Shown one piece after another: positions 42,098 to 53,188 of a stretch of 64,000 nt of DNA. The DNA is from an uncultured Planctomycetaceae bacterium (lineage in GTDB: Bacteria > Planctomycetota > Planctomycetia > Isosphaerales > Isosphaeraceae), in NCBI GenBank assembly GCA_963833985.1, contig CAWIAD010000001.1:2144001-2208000 (forward strand), in the 5' to 3' direction. Both the position numbers and the translations under genes were made by a program. Every line of letters begins with the position of its first letter. The stretch's first letter is position 1. Below the pieces are notes generated by a model. The model was not told where the DNA came from. It worked only from the letters and a program-made list of their open reading frames with translations, and did not search any database.

Positions 42098-42682
42098 ATG
42101 CATAAGATGCGTATTCGACCGCCCAGCCTCGTTCGATACGCTGCGCCGGACTCCGGGCGTTGTCTCACACGCGGAACGCTGGCCTTGCTGCTTCTTGCCG
42201 CCATGGTTTCCGGCTGCGGATACACGGTGCGGGCACCATTCGACAAGAGCGTGCGGACCGTGTTTGTTCCTGTCTTCCGCACCCAGTCCTATCGCCGCGA
42301 CCTGAATCTCAACCTCACCGAGATGATCCAGAAAGAGATCATGCAGCGCAGCCCCTACAAGGTGGTCGGGAACCCCAAGGAAGCCGACACGATTCTGGAC
42401 GGCACCATCAATTACGCAGACAAGAACATCGTGGTCGAGAACCCCTTCAACATGCCCCGCGAGCTCAATGCAACGATCGCCGCCTCGGTGAAGTGGACGC
42501 ACAACCCGCCCACGGATGACGAGCTGAAACGCGGAACGACGATGGTATCCGAGACGGTGAACTTCGTTCCGGAGGCCGGCGAGACCACTCTGACCGCCTT
42601 CTATCGCGTCAACCAGCGCATCGCCGCGCAGATTGTCGATATGATGGAGCAGACGTGGTACACCAGTGACGAGCTGAAGTGA
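42098..42682 (+). CDS. lptE: LPS assembly lipoprotein LptE family
   Basis: VSGCGY lipobox, VRTVFVPVF, ADTILDGTI, IAAQIVDMME. Confidence 0.82.
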   Translation: MHKMRIRPPSLVRYAAPDSGRCLTRGTLALLLLAAMVSGCGYTVRAPFDKSVRTVFVPVFRTQSYRRDLNLNLTEMIQKEIMQRSPYKVVGNPKEADTILDGTINYADKNIVVENPFNMPRELNATIAASVKWTHNPPTDDELKRGTTMVSETVNFVPEAGETTLTAFYRVNQRIAAQIVDMMEQTWYTSDELK

Positions 42683-42697
42683 CGAGACGAGGCGAGC

Positions 42698-43555
42698 ATG
42701 ACCCGCTGGGAAGCACGAGGCCGAGTGATCCTGGCGGCCGATGATCAGGCTCCGCTGGTGATGGGCATCGTGAACATCACTCCCGACAGCTTTTCCAATG
42801 GCGGGAGGCCGCTCCCCACCGAGGCCGCGGTGCAACGAGCATGGGACCTGCTCGACCAGGGGGCAGACCTGCTCGACCTGGGCGCCGAGTCCACCCGTCC
42901 GGGCGCACAGCCCGTCCCACTGGACGAGGAGCTGAAACGGCTTTTGCCGGTCCTTGACGCGCTGGGGGAAGGGCCCGATCTGCCTCTTTCAATCGATACC
43001 TCCAAGGCCAAGGTCGCCGCCATGGCGCTGGCCCGAGGCGCCTCGATCATCAACGACGTCACGGCCCTGCGAGCAGACCCTGACATGGCCCGCGTGATCG
43101 CGGACTCCGGCGCAGGGGTCGTTCTCATGCACATGCAGGGCACGCCCGCGACCATGCAGGCCCGGCCCCGGTATGACGACGTGGTCGGCGAGGTCCGCGC
43201 TTTCCTGATCGAGCGCATCGCCTGGTGCGAGCAGTGCGGAATCGCGCGGTCGCGCATCGCCGTGGACCCGGGCATCGGCTTCGGCAAGACGTTTGAGCAT
43301 AACCTGCAACTGTTGCGAAACCTTGATCAACTTGCCAACCTGGGCTGTCCCCTGCTGATCGGCACTTCCCGGAAAGGATTCCTGGGGACGATCACCGGCC
43401 GTGACGTGCTCCATCGCGACCTGGGATCGGCGGTCTCATCGCTGGCGGCCTGTGCCGCCGGCGCACGCGTTGTGCGCGTGCACGACGTGGTCGCGATGGT
43501 GGACGCCATCAGTATCTGGACACAGTTGAGAGGGTGGGGAGGCAGTACATCGTGA
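42698..43555 (+). CDS. folP: Dihydropteroate synthase
   Basis: MGIVNITPDSFS, GAESTRPG, DPGIGFGK, GTSRK, RVHDV. Confidence 0.96.
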   Translation: MTRWEARGRVILAADDQAPLVMGIVNITPDSFSNGGRPLPTEAAVQRAWDLLDQGADLLDLGAESTRPGAQPVPLDEELKRLLPVLDALGEGPDLPLSIDTSKAKVAAMALARGASIINDVTALRADPDMARVIADSGAGVVLMHMQGTPATMQARPRYDDVVGEVRAFLIERIAWCEQCGIARSRIAVDPGIGFGKTFEHNLQLLRNLDQLANLGCPLLIGTSRKGFLGTITGRDVLHRDLGSAVSSLAACAAGARVVRVHDVVAMVDAISIWTQLRGWGGSTS

Positions 43556-44854
43556 GCACCTCGATCATGGGCCCGGAACATGCGTCGGGATCCGAATCAG
43601 CCGACCTTGAGGCCGTCTGCCGTACGCTGGCAGAACAGGCGAAGGTGGCAGCGCGGCAGATGGCGCTGGCCTCCGGCGCTGCCAGGAACCGTTGGCTGCG
43701 GCGGTCGGCCGAGGCACTGCGCGCGGACGCCGGAGATCCTCGAGGCGAATGCTCGCGACCTGGCTGCGGCGCCCGGGATGGGGCTGGGCTCCGCGGCCAT
43801 CGAGCGCCTGACGCTCGACGGCCGCCGGATCGACGAGATGGCCGGATCGCTGCTCGAGGTGCTGGCCCTGCCTGACCCGATTGGCGAGCTGGTCACGGCC
43901 AGCCGCCGGCCCAACGGCCTGGACGTGAGCCAGGTACGCGTGCCCCTGGGCGTCATCTTCATGATCTACGAGAGCCGGCCGAACGTCACCGTCGATGCTG
44001 CCGCGCTCTGCATCAAGAGCGGTAACGCCGTGATCCTGCGGGGCGGCAAGGAGGCCATCCACACGAACCGCGCCTTGCACCGCGTCCTCGCCGATGAGCT
44101 CGGTCCTTCCGTTCTGCCCGAGCACGCCGTGCAGCTTCTGGGCACGACGGATCGCACCGCGGTCGGAGTCCTGCTGGGTCTGCCGGATCTCATCGACCTG
44201 GCCATTCCGCGGGGTGGCGAGAGCTTGATCCGGCGGGTCGTGGCCGAGGCGAAGATGCCGGTGATGAAGCACTACCAGGGAATCTGCGCCGTGTACGTTG
44301 ACGCCGCGGCCGACTGTGACATGGCGACCCGCATCATTACCAACGCGAAGGCTCAGCGCCCGGGGGTCTGTAACGCCGCCGAGACCCTGCTGGTCCATCG
44401 CCAGATCGCTCGGGAGTTTCTCCCCCGCGCCTGCCGGGCACTGAGCGAGGCCGGCGTCACATTCAGAGGCGACGAGGCCGCGCGCTCGGTCGTTCCTTCC
44501 ATGACCCCTGCGCAACCGTCCGACTGGGACACCGAGTTTCTCGACAAGATCCTGGCCGTGAAGGTCGTGGAGTCTATCGACGAAGCCATTGCTCACATTG
44601 CCGCTCACGGCTCGGCCCACACCGACGCGATCGTTACCAGGGACCTGGCCGCGGCCCGCCGGTTCGTGGCCCAGGTGGACAGCGCGGTGGTGATGGTCAA
44701 CGCCAGCACCCGGTTCAACGATGGTGGTCAGCTTGGCCTGGGCGCCGAGATAGGCATCAGCACCGACAAGTACCACGCCCGCGGCCCCTGCGGCCTGCGC
44801 GAGCTGACCAGCACGAAATGGGTCGTCATCGGCGACGGCCAGGTGCGCGAGTGA
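43552..44854 (+). CDS. proA: Gamma-glutamyl phosphate reductase (apparent frameshift ~43722)
   Basis: VPLGVIFMIYESRPNVT, CNAAETLL, NASTRFNDG, GAEIGIST; GTG start overlaps the folP stop. Confidence 0.94.
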
Positions 44855-44885
44855 CCCACAGTCGGAGCCGTCCGATCGATCGTGG

Positions 44886-47872
44886 TCACCGGGCCACCGC
44901 GCTGAGCTGGCTCGCCCTGGAGATGAGCTCGACCAGTTCCTTGCGGTAGCCCATCGGGTCATGAGCCAGGGTGGGAGTGGCAAGCTCCAGGACCACGGGA
45001 TACGTGAGATTGCCTTTGAAGGATGAGTTCCGCAGGAGCATGCCGAACCCGGCCACGGCGCTGGCGAGCTTGAAATCGAGCGAGGCGTGGCTGTAATCGA
45101 GGCCCTCGTCCACGACGCCGCGTTCGATCAGTGTGCTCACATCGCCCTCGGGCGGCTTGGAGCGCACCCGGACCGAGAATGACTCGGGGCTGTCGTCCTT
45201 GACCTTCGCCGGCTGCACATACTTCGAGGCTTCGATGCTGGCGGCCGCCGGCTGCTTGACGGCCGGAACCAGCTCGTAAAGCGCAGTGACGTGGTGTCCG
45301 GCGCCGATCTCGCCGGCATCCTTGGCGTCGTTGGAAAAATCTTCCTTAGTCAGCAGGCGGTTCTCGTAGCCGATGAGCCGGTACGCCGCCACCTTCGCCG
45401 GGTTAAAATCAACCTGGATCTTCACGTCCTTGGCAATCGTCACGAGCGTCGAGCCCATCTGGCGGACAAGCACGCGGTACGCTTCATCGGTACTGTCGAT
45501 GTAGGCGTAATTCCCATTGCCCTTGTCGGCCAGGGCCTCGAGCGTCCCGTCCTTGAGATTGCCCATGCCAAACCCCAGTACCGTGAGGAACACCTTGCTC
45601 TTCGCCTTCGCCTCGATGAGCTTCGTCAGTTCGTCGCGCTGGGTGATGCCGACGTTGAAGTCGCCGTCGGTGGCCAGGATCACGCGGTTGATTCCTCCGG
45701 TCTTGAAGTTCTTCGAGGCGATCTCGTACGACTGCTGGATGCCCGCGCCGGCATTCGTGGAACCCTCGGCATGAAGCTGGTCAATCCGCGAGACGATCTC
45801 GCGCTTGTGCTCGGCATCACAGCGCGTGGAGGGGAGATAAAGCCCCGAGGCACCGGCGTAGACGACGATGGCGACCTGGTCCCGCCCGTCAAGCTGCTCG
45901 ACAAGCTTGCGCAGCGACCACTGGACCAGCGGCAGCTTGTTTGCGTCGGCCATCGAGCCGGAGACGTCGATGAGGAAGACAAGGTTACACGCCGGCCGTT
46001 CGAGTGGATGAATCGGCTTGCCCGTGATGCCGATGCGGGCCAGGCGATGCTCGCCGTTCCAGGGACAGCGTGCCACTTCCAGGCGGATGGCGAAGGGGTC
46101 GGGCCCATTCATGGGCGGAGCCGGATCCTGGTAAGAAAAGAAGTTGATCAGCTCCTCGATGCGCACCGAGTTCGGTGGTGGCAACTGGTTCTGTTGCAGC
46201 AGGTAACGCCTGAGGTTGGTGTAGCTCGCCGTGTCCACGTCGATCGAGAAGGTGGAGAGAGGCTGCTCCATCGCCGGGATGAACGGATTCTCCTGGATCG
46301 CATCAAACGCCTCGAAATTGCCGGCCGCGCCAGCCGCCTGCATCCGAAAGTCATTTGTCTGGCCGTCCAGAAGCGCGGCTACAGGGGCCGGGACAACAGG
46401 GGTCGGGACAGGCGCGGCTCCAGATGCGGGAGCCGCTTGCTGAACCGGGGTCGGGACAGGGACGGCTCCAGGTGCGGGAGCCGCTTGCTGAACCGGCTCG
46501 CCAGAGACCGGAGGCAGGAACCCCGGCGCGACAGCTCCAGCCGGCATTCCAGTCTGGGCCTGCTGGACCGGCGCGTTCGGATTCTGTGCCGCCTGCTGTG
46601 CGGGAGCAGCCAGAGGTTTGCCCTCCATCGGCGATGGTGCAGAGGAGATACTGAGGATCGACGGAGGGGTGGCGGCAGCGGCCTCCTGGAGCTTCGATTC
46701 CTTCTGCTTGTCCTTGGCGAAGAACGCCGAGCGGCCAGCAGTCCTCTGGCCCTGGCCGGCCTCGTTCTGCTGAGCGTACGGTCCGGACGAAGGCAATGCG
46801 GAGTTCGCGACCAGGCCCGGCATTGCGTTATTCTGCGCCGCATTCTGAGCGAGTGACGCCGGGCCCTGGGCGCCCAGGTTCGAGGCGTCCTTCCCAGGGG
46901 ACGGATTGTTCCCCGGATAGGCATAGCCGGCGGGCGGCTCGGCGTAATGCTCTCGCGTTCCTGGAATTCCGCCGCCCATTCCGCCACCCATTCCACCCAT
47001 GGAACCCGCCATCGCTTGCTGCGCTGCCGCGGGTCCCTGTTGCGGTCGAACGCCCGATGACATCATGCGCGACCCGAACCCGCCGGAAGGTTGTCCAGCG
47101 GGAGCCTGGGCCGCCGGACTGGCTGCCGGAGCCCGCGTGGAAAGAGGACGCGCACCCGCCATGAACCTGCGCGAATCCCGGCCGAGCAGCTCTTCCTCTC
47201 GTTGCATGCGGTCGCGTTTCGCACCCGCCAGGAGCTGCCGCGTTTCCCCGCGCGAGCAACCTCGGCCGGCTTGCTAGCCTTCTCGTCAATGGCCGGAAGC
47301 GCAGGGGAATCGGCTCGCACCCGGGCAACGAGAGCTTCGGCGCTCTTGACCCGCAAGGCGTCGCTTGCCGGGTCTTGCCCGGGCTGGGCGGGGTCAGGCT
47401 TTGTTGACCTCAGAATCAAGTTGATCTGCGGTTCCTCGCTGGGGGCCTTGGCAAGTTCCGGTCTGAGCTCGCGTCGCGCCAGGGGCGCCGCGTCCAGGGC
47501 GATCCCAGGCGCTCTCATCTGGGGACGATAGGCATTGAGCGTGAAGAACCCGACCGTTGCGCCCACCAGCAGCGTGGCGGCCATTGACAGCACGCGGTAG
47601 GGCCTCCGCCACCAGCGGCGGACCGGAGCCGGGGACGTGGCTTTGAGGGCCTCATCAATCCGCTGATGGTGTATCTCCGCCAGGGCGGAGGCGGCTGCCG
47701 GCTCCCTGCGGAGTTCGTCAGCCAGCCAGGCGGCCGTCTGGCGGATCTCGGCGACCGAATTCCTGGCCTCTTCGCTCTCATCGAGAAGCTGGTGAAGTTC
47801 GTCTTGCTCGAGCGGGTCCAACTCGCCCAGGGCATAGGCCGTCAGCCGAGGGTCATTCGGGTCAAAGTTCAT
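44886..47872 (-). CDS. Membrane-anchored anti-sigma-like protein with C-terminal YfbK-type vWA domain (apparent frameshift ~47250)
   Basis: N-terminal [10 protein letters not shown] anti-sigma-like segment plus a TM helix; C-terminal [18 protein letters not shown] (MIDAS), [18 protein letters not shown]. Confidence 0.85.
46399..46496. repeat. Tandem 48-bp duplication encoding QQAAPAxGAxPVPTPV
   Basis: Two near-identical copies starting at 46399 and 46447. Confidence 0.85.
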
Positions 47873-47893
47873 CGGGGATCTCCTTTCAGCTCT

Positions 47894-48436
47894 TCAGGCA
47901 CGGGCCTCGACCGGCTGGCCGTCGAATAGTTGTCCGCGAAGCGTTTTGATTCCCGCGTGGATCAGGTAGCCAACGTTCGAGACGCTGTGCCCGCTGATCC
48001 GGCTGATTTCCTGGTAGGAGAACCCGTTCTGAAACTTGAGACGGAGCACTTCGCGCTGGTTCGGCGGAAGCGTTTCGAGCAAGGAGAGGACTCGTACTCC
48101 CAGGTCGTGCCGCTCGGCCGCCTCGAGCGGGCCGGGGGCGGGGCTCAGGCAATGATTCACCTGTTCGTCGCTCAAGCGAGTCATGCGATGCTCCTTGCGC
48201 AAGACATCCAGGGCCCGGTTGCGGCACACCGTGAAGAGCCATTCCGCCAGATGATCCCCGACCGCGGCGTGGTTTTGGCCGCAGAGGCGCAGGAACGCGT
48301 CCTGGACAACGTCGCGGGCGGCGTCCGCATCCCCCAGCAGGCGCGTGGCATAGATGAGGAGCGGCTTCTCGAAACGGCCGACCGCCTCGTGAACCCACGC
48401 CCCGTGCTGGCTCTCGAAATTCTCTGTCATCACCAC
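47894..48436 (-). CDS. ECF RNA polymerase sigma factor
   Basis: DVVQDAFLRL, WLFTVCRNRALD, LPPNQREVLRLKFQNGFSYQEIS. Confidence 0.94.
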   Translation of the reverse strand: MVMTENFESQHGAWVHEAVGRFEKPLLIYATRLLGDADAARDVVQDAFLRLCGQNHAAVGDHLAEWLFTVCRNRALDVLRKEHRMTRLSDEQVNHCLSPAPGPLEAAERHDLGVRVLSLLETLPPNQREVLRLKFQNGFSYQEISRISGHSVSNVGYLIHAGIKTLRGQLFDGQPVEARA

Positions 48437-48682
48437 TCTCGCCAGGCGATGTGAGGCCGTTCGATCTTACTACGCACCACGCAGGCGTTTCTTAGAGGCG
48501 GGCCCGCGGATTTCCAGACCAACGCGTTCCCCGCCATGATCCGGCACCCTCATCGGACCACGCACGCCGCTTCCTCCACGCATCCCAAACCGCGGCTTGG
48601 CTCTTGAGTCCAGAACCGCAGTCCCTGAAACTAGCATCTGGCGGGTTCGGATCGCGATCGTCCACCCGGAGGGTCATGCAAG

Positions 48683-49836
48683 ATGGCTTGCCGTGCATTC
48701 GTCCTCTTCATCGCTCTCATGGCCCTGGCGGCCTCGTCTGCGCCGGCCCTGCAACCTCCTCCGCCAGCGGCCAGCTCTTCCATCTTGCCGATCCGCCCCA
48801 GCGCCGATGGTTCCCATTTCGTTCGCGCGGGCTCAGACCGGCCCTTCCTGATCTGGGGCGTCAATTACGACCGGGATGACTCGGGCAGGCTGCTCGAGGA
48901 TTACTGGGCCCAGGAGTGGCCGGCCGTGATCCAGGACTTTCAGGAGATGAAAGCGCTGGGAGCGAACGTCGTGCGCGTTCATCTCCAGCTCGCCCGGTTC
49001 ATGCACAGCTCGGAAGAGCCCGGCCAGGAGAACCTCGCGAGGCTCGAGAAACTGGTGCGTCTGGCCGAGGCCACCGGGCTGTACCTCGACGTCACCGGGC
49101 TGGGCTGCTACCACAAGCAGGACGTTCCCGCCTGGTACAGCGGCCTGGACGAGACGGCACGATGGGCCGTTCAGGCTCGCTTCTGGAAGGCGATCGCCGG
49201 CGTGTGCCAGCGGAGCCCGGCCATCTTCTGCTATGACCTCATGAACGAGCCGATCGTCGCCGGGGGAGAGCGGAAGGACGACTGGCTGCCCGGCCCAGCG
49301 CTCGGCGGCAAATACTACGTGCAACGGATCTCCACCAACGCACGGGGGCGGACCGACAAGGAGATCGCCGGTGCCTGGGTCAAGTACCTGTGCTCCGCCA
49401 TCCGTTCGATAGACACGACGCACATGATCACTGTTGGCGTTATTCCCTGGGCCCAGGTCTTCCCGGCGCAAAGCCGCTATTCCACGATCCTGAAGTTGGC
49501 AGACCGCTGGACTTCGTGAGCATTCACCTTTATCCCAGGGCCGGCAAGCTCCAGGCCGACCTGGACGCCCTGAAGGTCTATGAGATCGGCAAGCCGCTGG
49601 TGATCGAGGAGATCTTTCCGCTCGGGGCGAGTTACGAGGAAACCGAGGCGTTCATCGAGCGCTCGCGGCCGATCGCCGACGGGTGGGTCAGTTTTTACTG
49701 GGGCAGGACCATCGAGGAGTATGACGGGGCAGGCGGCCTGAACAATGCCCTGATCGCCGGCTGGCTGCGCCGTTTCCGGGCGCTGGCGCCTCGTATGACG
49801 GGAAACGAACCGTCCGAGAAGACAGGCGGTCGATGA
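48683..49836 (+). CDS. Secreted GH5-like glycoside hydrolase (apparent frameshift ~49465)
   Basis: WGVNY, GANVVRVH, YDLMNEP; second frame has DFVSIHLYP, KPLVIEE. Confidence 0.83.
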
Positions 49837-49867
49837 CGTTCGCTAGCAGTCCAAGAGGGACCGTTGC

Positions 49868-50905
49868 ATGAAAGTCTGTATCGTCGGCGCGGGTGCGATC
49901 GGCGGGATGGTGGGAGTCCAGCTTGCACTTGCGGGTCAGGACGTCACGTTCGTCTGCCGCGGTGCCACGCTGGAGGCCGCCCGCGCGCGCGGCTTCACGC
50001 TCATCCTCGAGGACGGCACCCGGCGGCAGGCTTTCCCGGTGACGGCGATGGACCGGGTTGCGGATGCCGGCGTGCACGACGTCGTGATCCTGGCGATGAA
50101 GGCGCACCAGCTTCCCGCCGTGGCCGGCGAGGTGCGGGCGCTGCTCGGTCCCCAGACTGTCGTGGTGACGATGCAGAACGGGATTCCCTGGTGGTACTTC
50201 CTCAACCTCCCTGGCCCATTCCACGGCACGAGGATCGAGGCGGTGGATCCGGGGGGAACGATCGCGGCAAACCTGGAATTCCAGCGCGTGATCGGCTGCG
50301 TCGTTTACCCCGCGGCCGAGACGATCGAGCCCGCCGTCATCCGCCATGTGGAAGGCCTCCGGTTTTCGTTGGGCGAGCTGGACGGGTCTGACACGCCCCG
50401 AGTGCAGCAGATCGCCGAGCTCCTCCGCGCCGCGGGATTCAAGGCTCCGGTCAGCAGCGATATCCGCTCGGAGATCTGGTTGAAGCTCTGGGGAAACGCC
50501 TCGTTCAACCCCATCAGCGCCCTGTGCCATGCGACACTCGTGGACATCTGCCAGTTCCCTCTCAGTCGCGAACTGGCCGCCCGGATGATGAGGGAGGTGC
50601 AAACGATCGGCCAGAAGCTGGGAGCGAGCTTCCGGGTGTCGCTCGAGAGGCGGATCGCGGGCGCCGAGGGCGTGGGCAAGCACAAGACCTCGATGCTCCA
50701 GGACGTCGAGCACGGCCGGGCCCTGGAGATCGAGGCGCTCATCGGTTCGGTCGTGGAGCTCGGCCGGCTCACGGAAACTCCCACGCCCAGCATCGACGCC
50801 GTGTACGCGTTGACCAGCCTGCTGGCGCGGACGCTGCACGAGCAGAATGGACGGTTGAGGATCGAGCCGGCGGTTGGAACACATTCTTCTGAGGCGCCAC
50901 TTTAG
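49868..50905 (+). CDS. Ketopantoate reductase family protein (PanE2-like; possible oxalyl-CoA reductase)
   Basis: IVGAGAIGG, MQNGIPWWYF, IWLKLWGN, HKTSMLQD. Confidence 0.88.
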   Translation: MKVCIVGAGAIGGMVGVQLALAGQDVTFVCRGATLEAARARGFTLILEDGTRRQAFPVTAMDRVADAGVHDVVILAMKAHQLPAVAGEVRALLGPQTVVVTMQNGIPWWYFLNLPGPFHGTRIEAVDPGGTIAANLEFQRVIGCVVYPAAETIEPAVIRHVEGLRFSLGELDGSDTPRVQQIAELLRAAGFKAPVSSDIRSEIWLKLWGNASFNPISALCHATLVDICQFPLSRELAARMMREVQTIGQKLGASFRVSLERRIAGAEGVGKHKTSMLQDVEHGRALEIEALIGSVVELGRLTETPTPSIDAVYALTSLLARTLHEQNGRLRIEPAVGTHSSEAPL

Positions 50906-50907
50906 CA

Positions 50908-52444
50908 ATGCAGGCCATGAAGATCGAGCAAACCATCTTGAGTCTCCTCGAGGCCGGCGACGACGAGGCATCTGCGATTGCCGCACCGGGCGTCCGTTCG
51001 CTGAGCTATGGCGCGTTGCGCGCGCAGGTCCGCTCCACCGTGGAGACCCTGAATCAACTGGGAATTGGCCGGAACGACCGGGTGGCGATCGTCCTGCCCA
51101 ACGGGCCAGAGATGGCGACGGCGTTCCTGGGCATCGCGGCCGGCGCATCGGCCGCACCGCTGAACCCGGCCTACCGCAGTGACGAATTCGAGTTTTACCT
51201 CTCGGATCTCGCCGCGCGGGCCATCGTCGTGGAGCAGAACAGCGACTCCCCGAGCCGCCAGGTCGCCCAGCGGCTGGGGATCCTCGTCCTCGAGCTCCAC
51301 ACCGCCGGGACCGATCGGCAGGCGGGCGCTTTCCATCTCAAGGCGACTGGCTCCGTTTCGGAGCCGGCGGCGACGGGCGGCTTTGCCCAGGAGGATGACG
51401 TGGCACTCCTGCTGCATACCTCCGGGACCACCTCGCGGCCCAAGCTGGTGCCGCTTTCGCAACGCAACGTGACTGCCTCGGCGCGGAGCATCCAGGCCAC
51501 GCTCGAGCTCACCGCCGGCGATCGCGGTCTGAACATCATGCCCCTGTTTCATATCCACGGGCTGATGGCTGGCCTGCTGGCTCCGCTAGCGGCCGGCGGG
51601 CGGGTGTTCTGCACGCCGGGCTTCAACGCCCTGCGGTTCTTTACCTGGATGAGCGAAGCGCACCCCACCTGGTACACGGCAGTGCCCACCATGCATCAGG
51701 CGATCCTCACGCGCGCCGGGCACAACCGCGAAGTGATCGCCGCGAACCCGCTCCGGTTCATCCGCTCATCGTCTTCCTCGATGCCCCCCCAGGTCATCGC
51801 CGCACTGGAAGAGACCTTTGCGCGCCGCTCATCGAGTCCTACGGCATGACCGAGGCATCGCACCAGATGGCCAGCAACCCACTGCCTCCCCGCAGGCGCG
51901 TACCGGGCACGGTGGGTCTCGCCGCCGGGCCCGAGGTGGCCGTCATGGACGAACAGGGGGCGCTGCTTGGACCCGCGCAGACTGGCGAGATTGTGATCCG
52001 TGGCGAGAGCGTCACACGTGGTTACGAGCAGAACCCGCGGGCCAATGCCGAGGCGTTCACGAACGGCTGGTTCAGGACCGGCGATCAGGGAGTTCTGGAC
52101 GAATCGGGCTATCTCACGATCACCGGCCGGCTCAAGGAGATCATCAACCGGGGCGGCGAGAAGATCTCCCGCGCGAGGTGGACGAGGTGCTCATGGACCA
52201 TCCGGCAGTCTTGCAGGTGGTCACCTTCGCCTACCCGCATGAAAAGCTGGGCGAGGACGTGGCGGCCGCGATCGTGCTGCGCGAGGGGGCGTCCGCCACG
52301 GAGCAGCAGATTCGCGAATTCGCAGCCCGGCGCCTGGCCGATTTCAAGGTCCCCCGCAAGCTGCTGTTCGTGACCGAGATTCCCAAGGGAGCCACCGGAA
52401 AGCTCCAGCGCATCGGCCTGGCCGACAAGCTGGGGCTGAGCTGA
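50908..52444 (+). CDS. Acyl-CoA synthetase, oxalate-CoA ligase-like (apparent frameshifts ~51820 and ~52170)
   Basis: [75 protein letters not shown]. Confidence 0.85.
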
Positions 52445-52516
52445 GGCGGCCTGCCGGCAGGGCGCCGAGGTGGCAGGGATAGCCTCACGACTCTGGTCAT
52501 CACGCTGGATAAACTC

Positions 52517-53140
52517 ATGCAAAATGGATCGCGCACGATTCGCGAGGAGATCCACGCGGTGCTCCTGTTCGTGGGGGCCATCTGGCTGGTCTTCTTCATC
52601 AGCCTGGCCGTCCCGGCCATCGATCAGTTCGGCGTCATCCCGCGGCGGATCATCGGGCTCGTGGGGGTCGTGGCCATGCCTTTCCTGCATGGAAACTTCC
52701 AGCATCTGATCTCGAACACGATTCCGCTCGTGGTCCTGCTCACCCTGCTGTCGGGCTCGAGGGGCAACTCGTGGCAGATCGTGCTGGAGGTCACCCTGCT
52801 GGGCGGCCTCCTGCTCTGGATCTTCGGCCGTGAGGCCGACCACATCGGTGCCAGCGGGCTGATCTCCGGGCTGACGGCGTTCCTCATCGTCTCCGGTCTG
52901 CTCGAACAGCGGATCGTCCCGCTGCTGATCGCGGTGGTCGTCGGCATCTTCTACGGCGGATCGCTGATCGCCGGTGTGATTCCCCGCTTTGGATCAGACA
53001 TCTCGTGGGACGGACATCTTTGCGGGGCAATCGCCGGTGGCATCGTCGCCTGTGCGCTCACCCGTCCCGCCTCGCCAGGACGCGCCGGCAGCTTCCTCGG
53101 GGGACGGAACCGTGGCCTGCTGAAGCATCTGCGGAGCTGA
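52517..53140 (+). CDS. Rhomboid-family intramembrane serine protease
   Basis: PFLHGNFQHLISN, HIGASG, SWDGHLCG. Confidence 0.9.
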   Translation: MQNGSRTIREEIHAVLLFVGAIWLVFFISLAVPAIDQFGVIPRRIIGLVGVVAMPFLHGNFQHLISNTIPLVVLLTLLSGSRGNSWQIVLEVTLLGGLLLWIFGREADHIGASGLISGLTAFLIVSGLLEQRIVPLLIAVVVGIFYGGSLIAGVIPRFGSDISWDGHLCGAIAGGIVACALTRPASPGRAGSFLGGRNRGLLKHLRS

Positions 53141-53188
53141 TGTTCCGGTCCGGCTTCGCTCGGCCGAATTGCCGTCCCGCGGTCCCAC

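Noticed and set aside
46399..46496. Direct repeats as a possible CRISPR array
   Set aside because: Only two adjacent in-frame 48-bp copies with no spacers and no cas genes
48465..48500. Possible autoregulatory ECF promoter (AAAC...CGTA) upstream of the sigma gene
   Set aside because: Short motif with atypical spacing; cannot be supported without orthologous alignments
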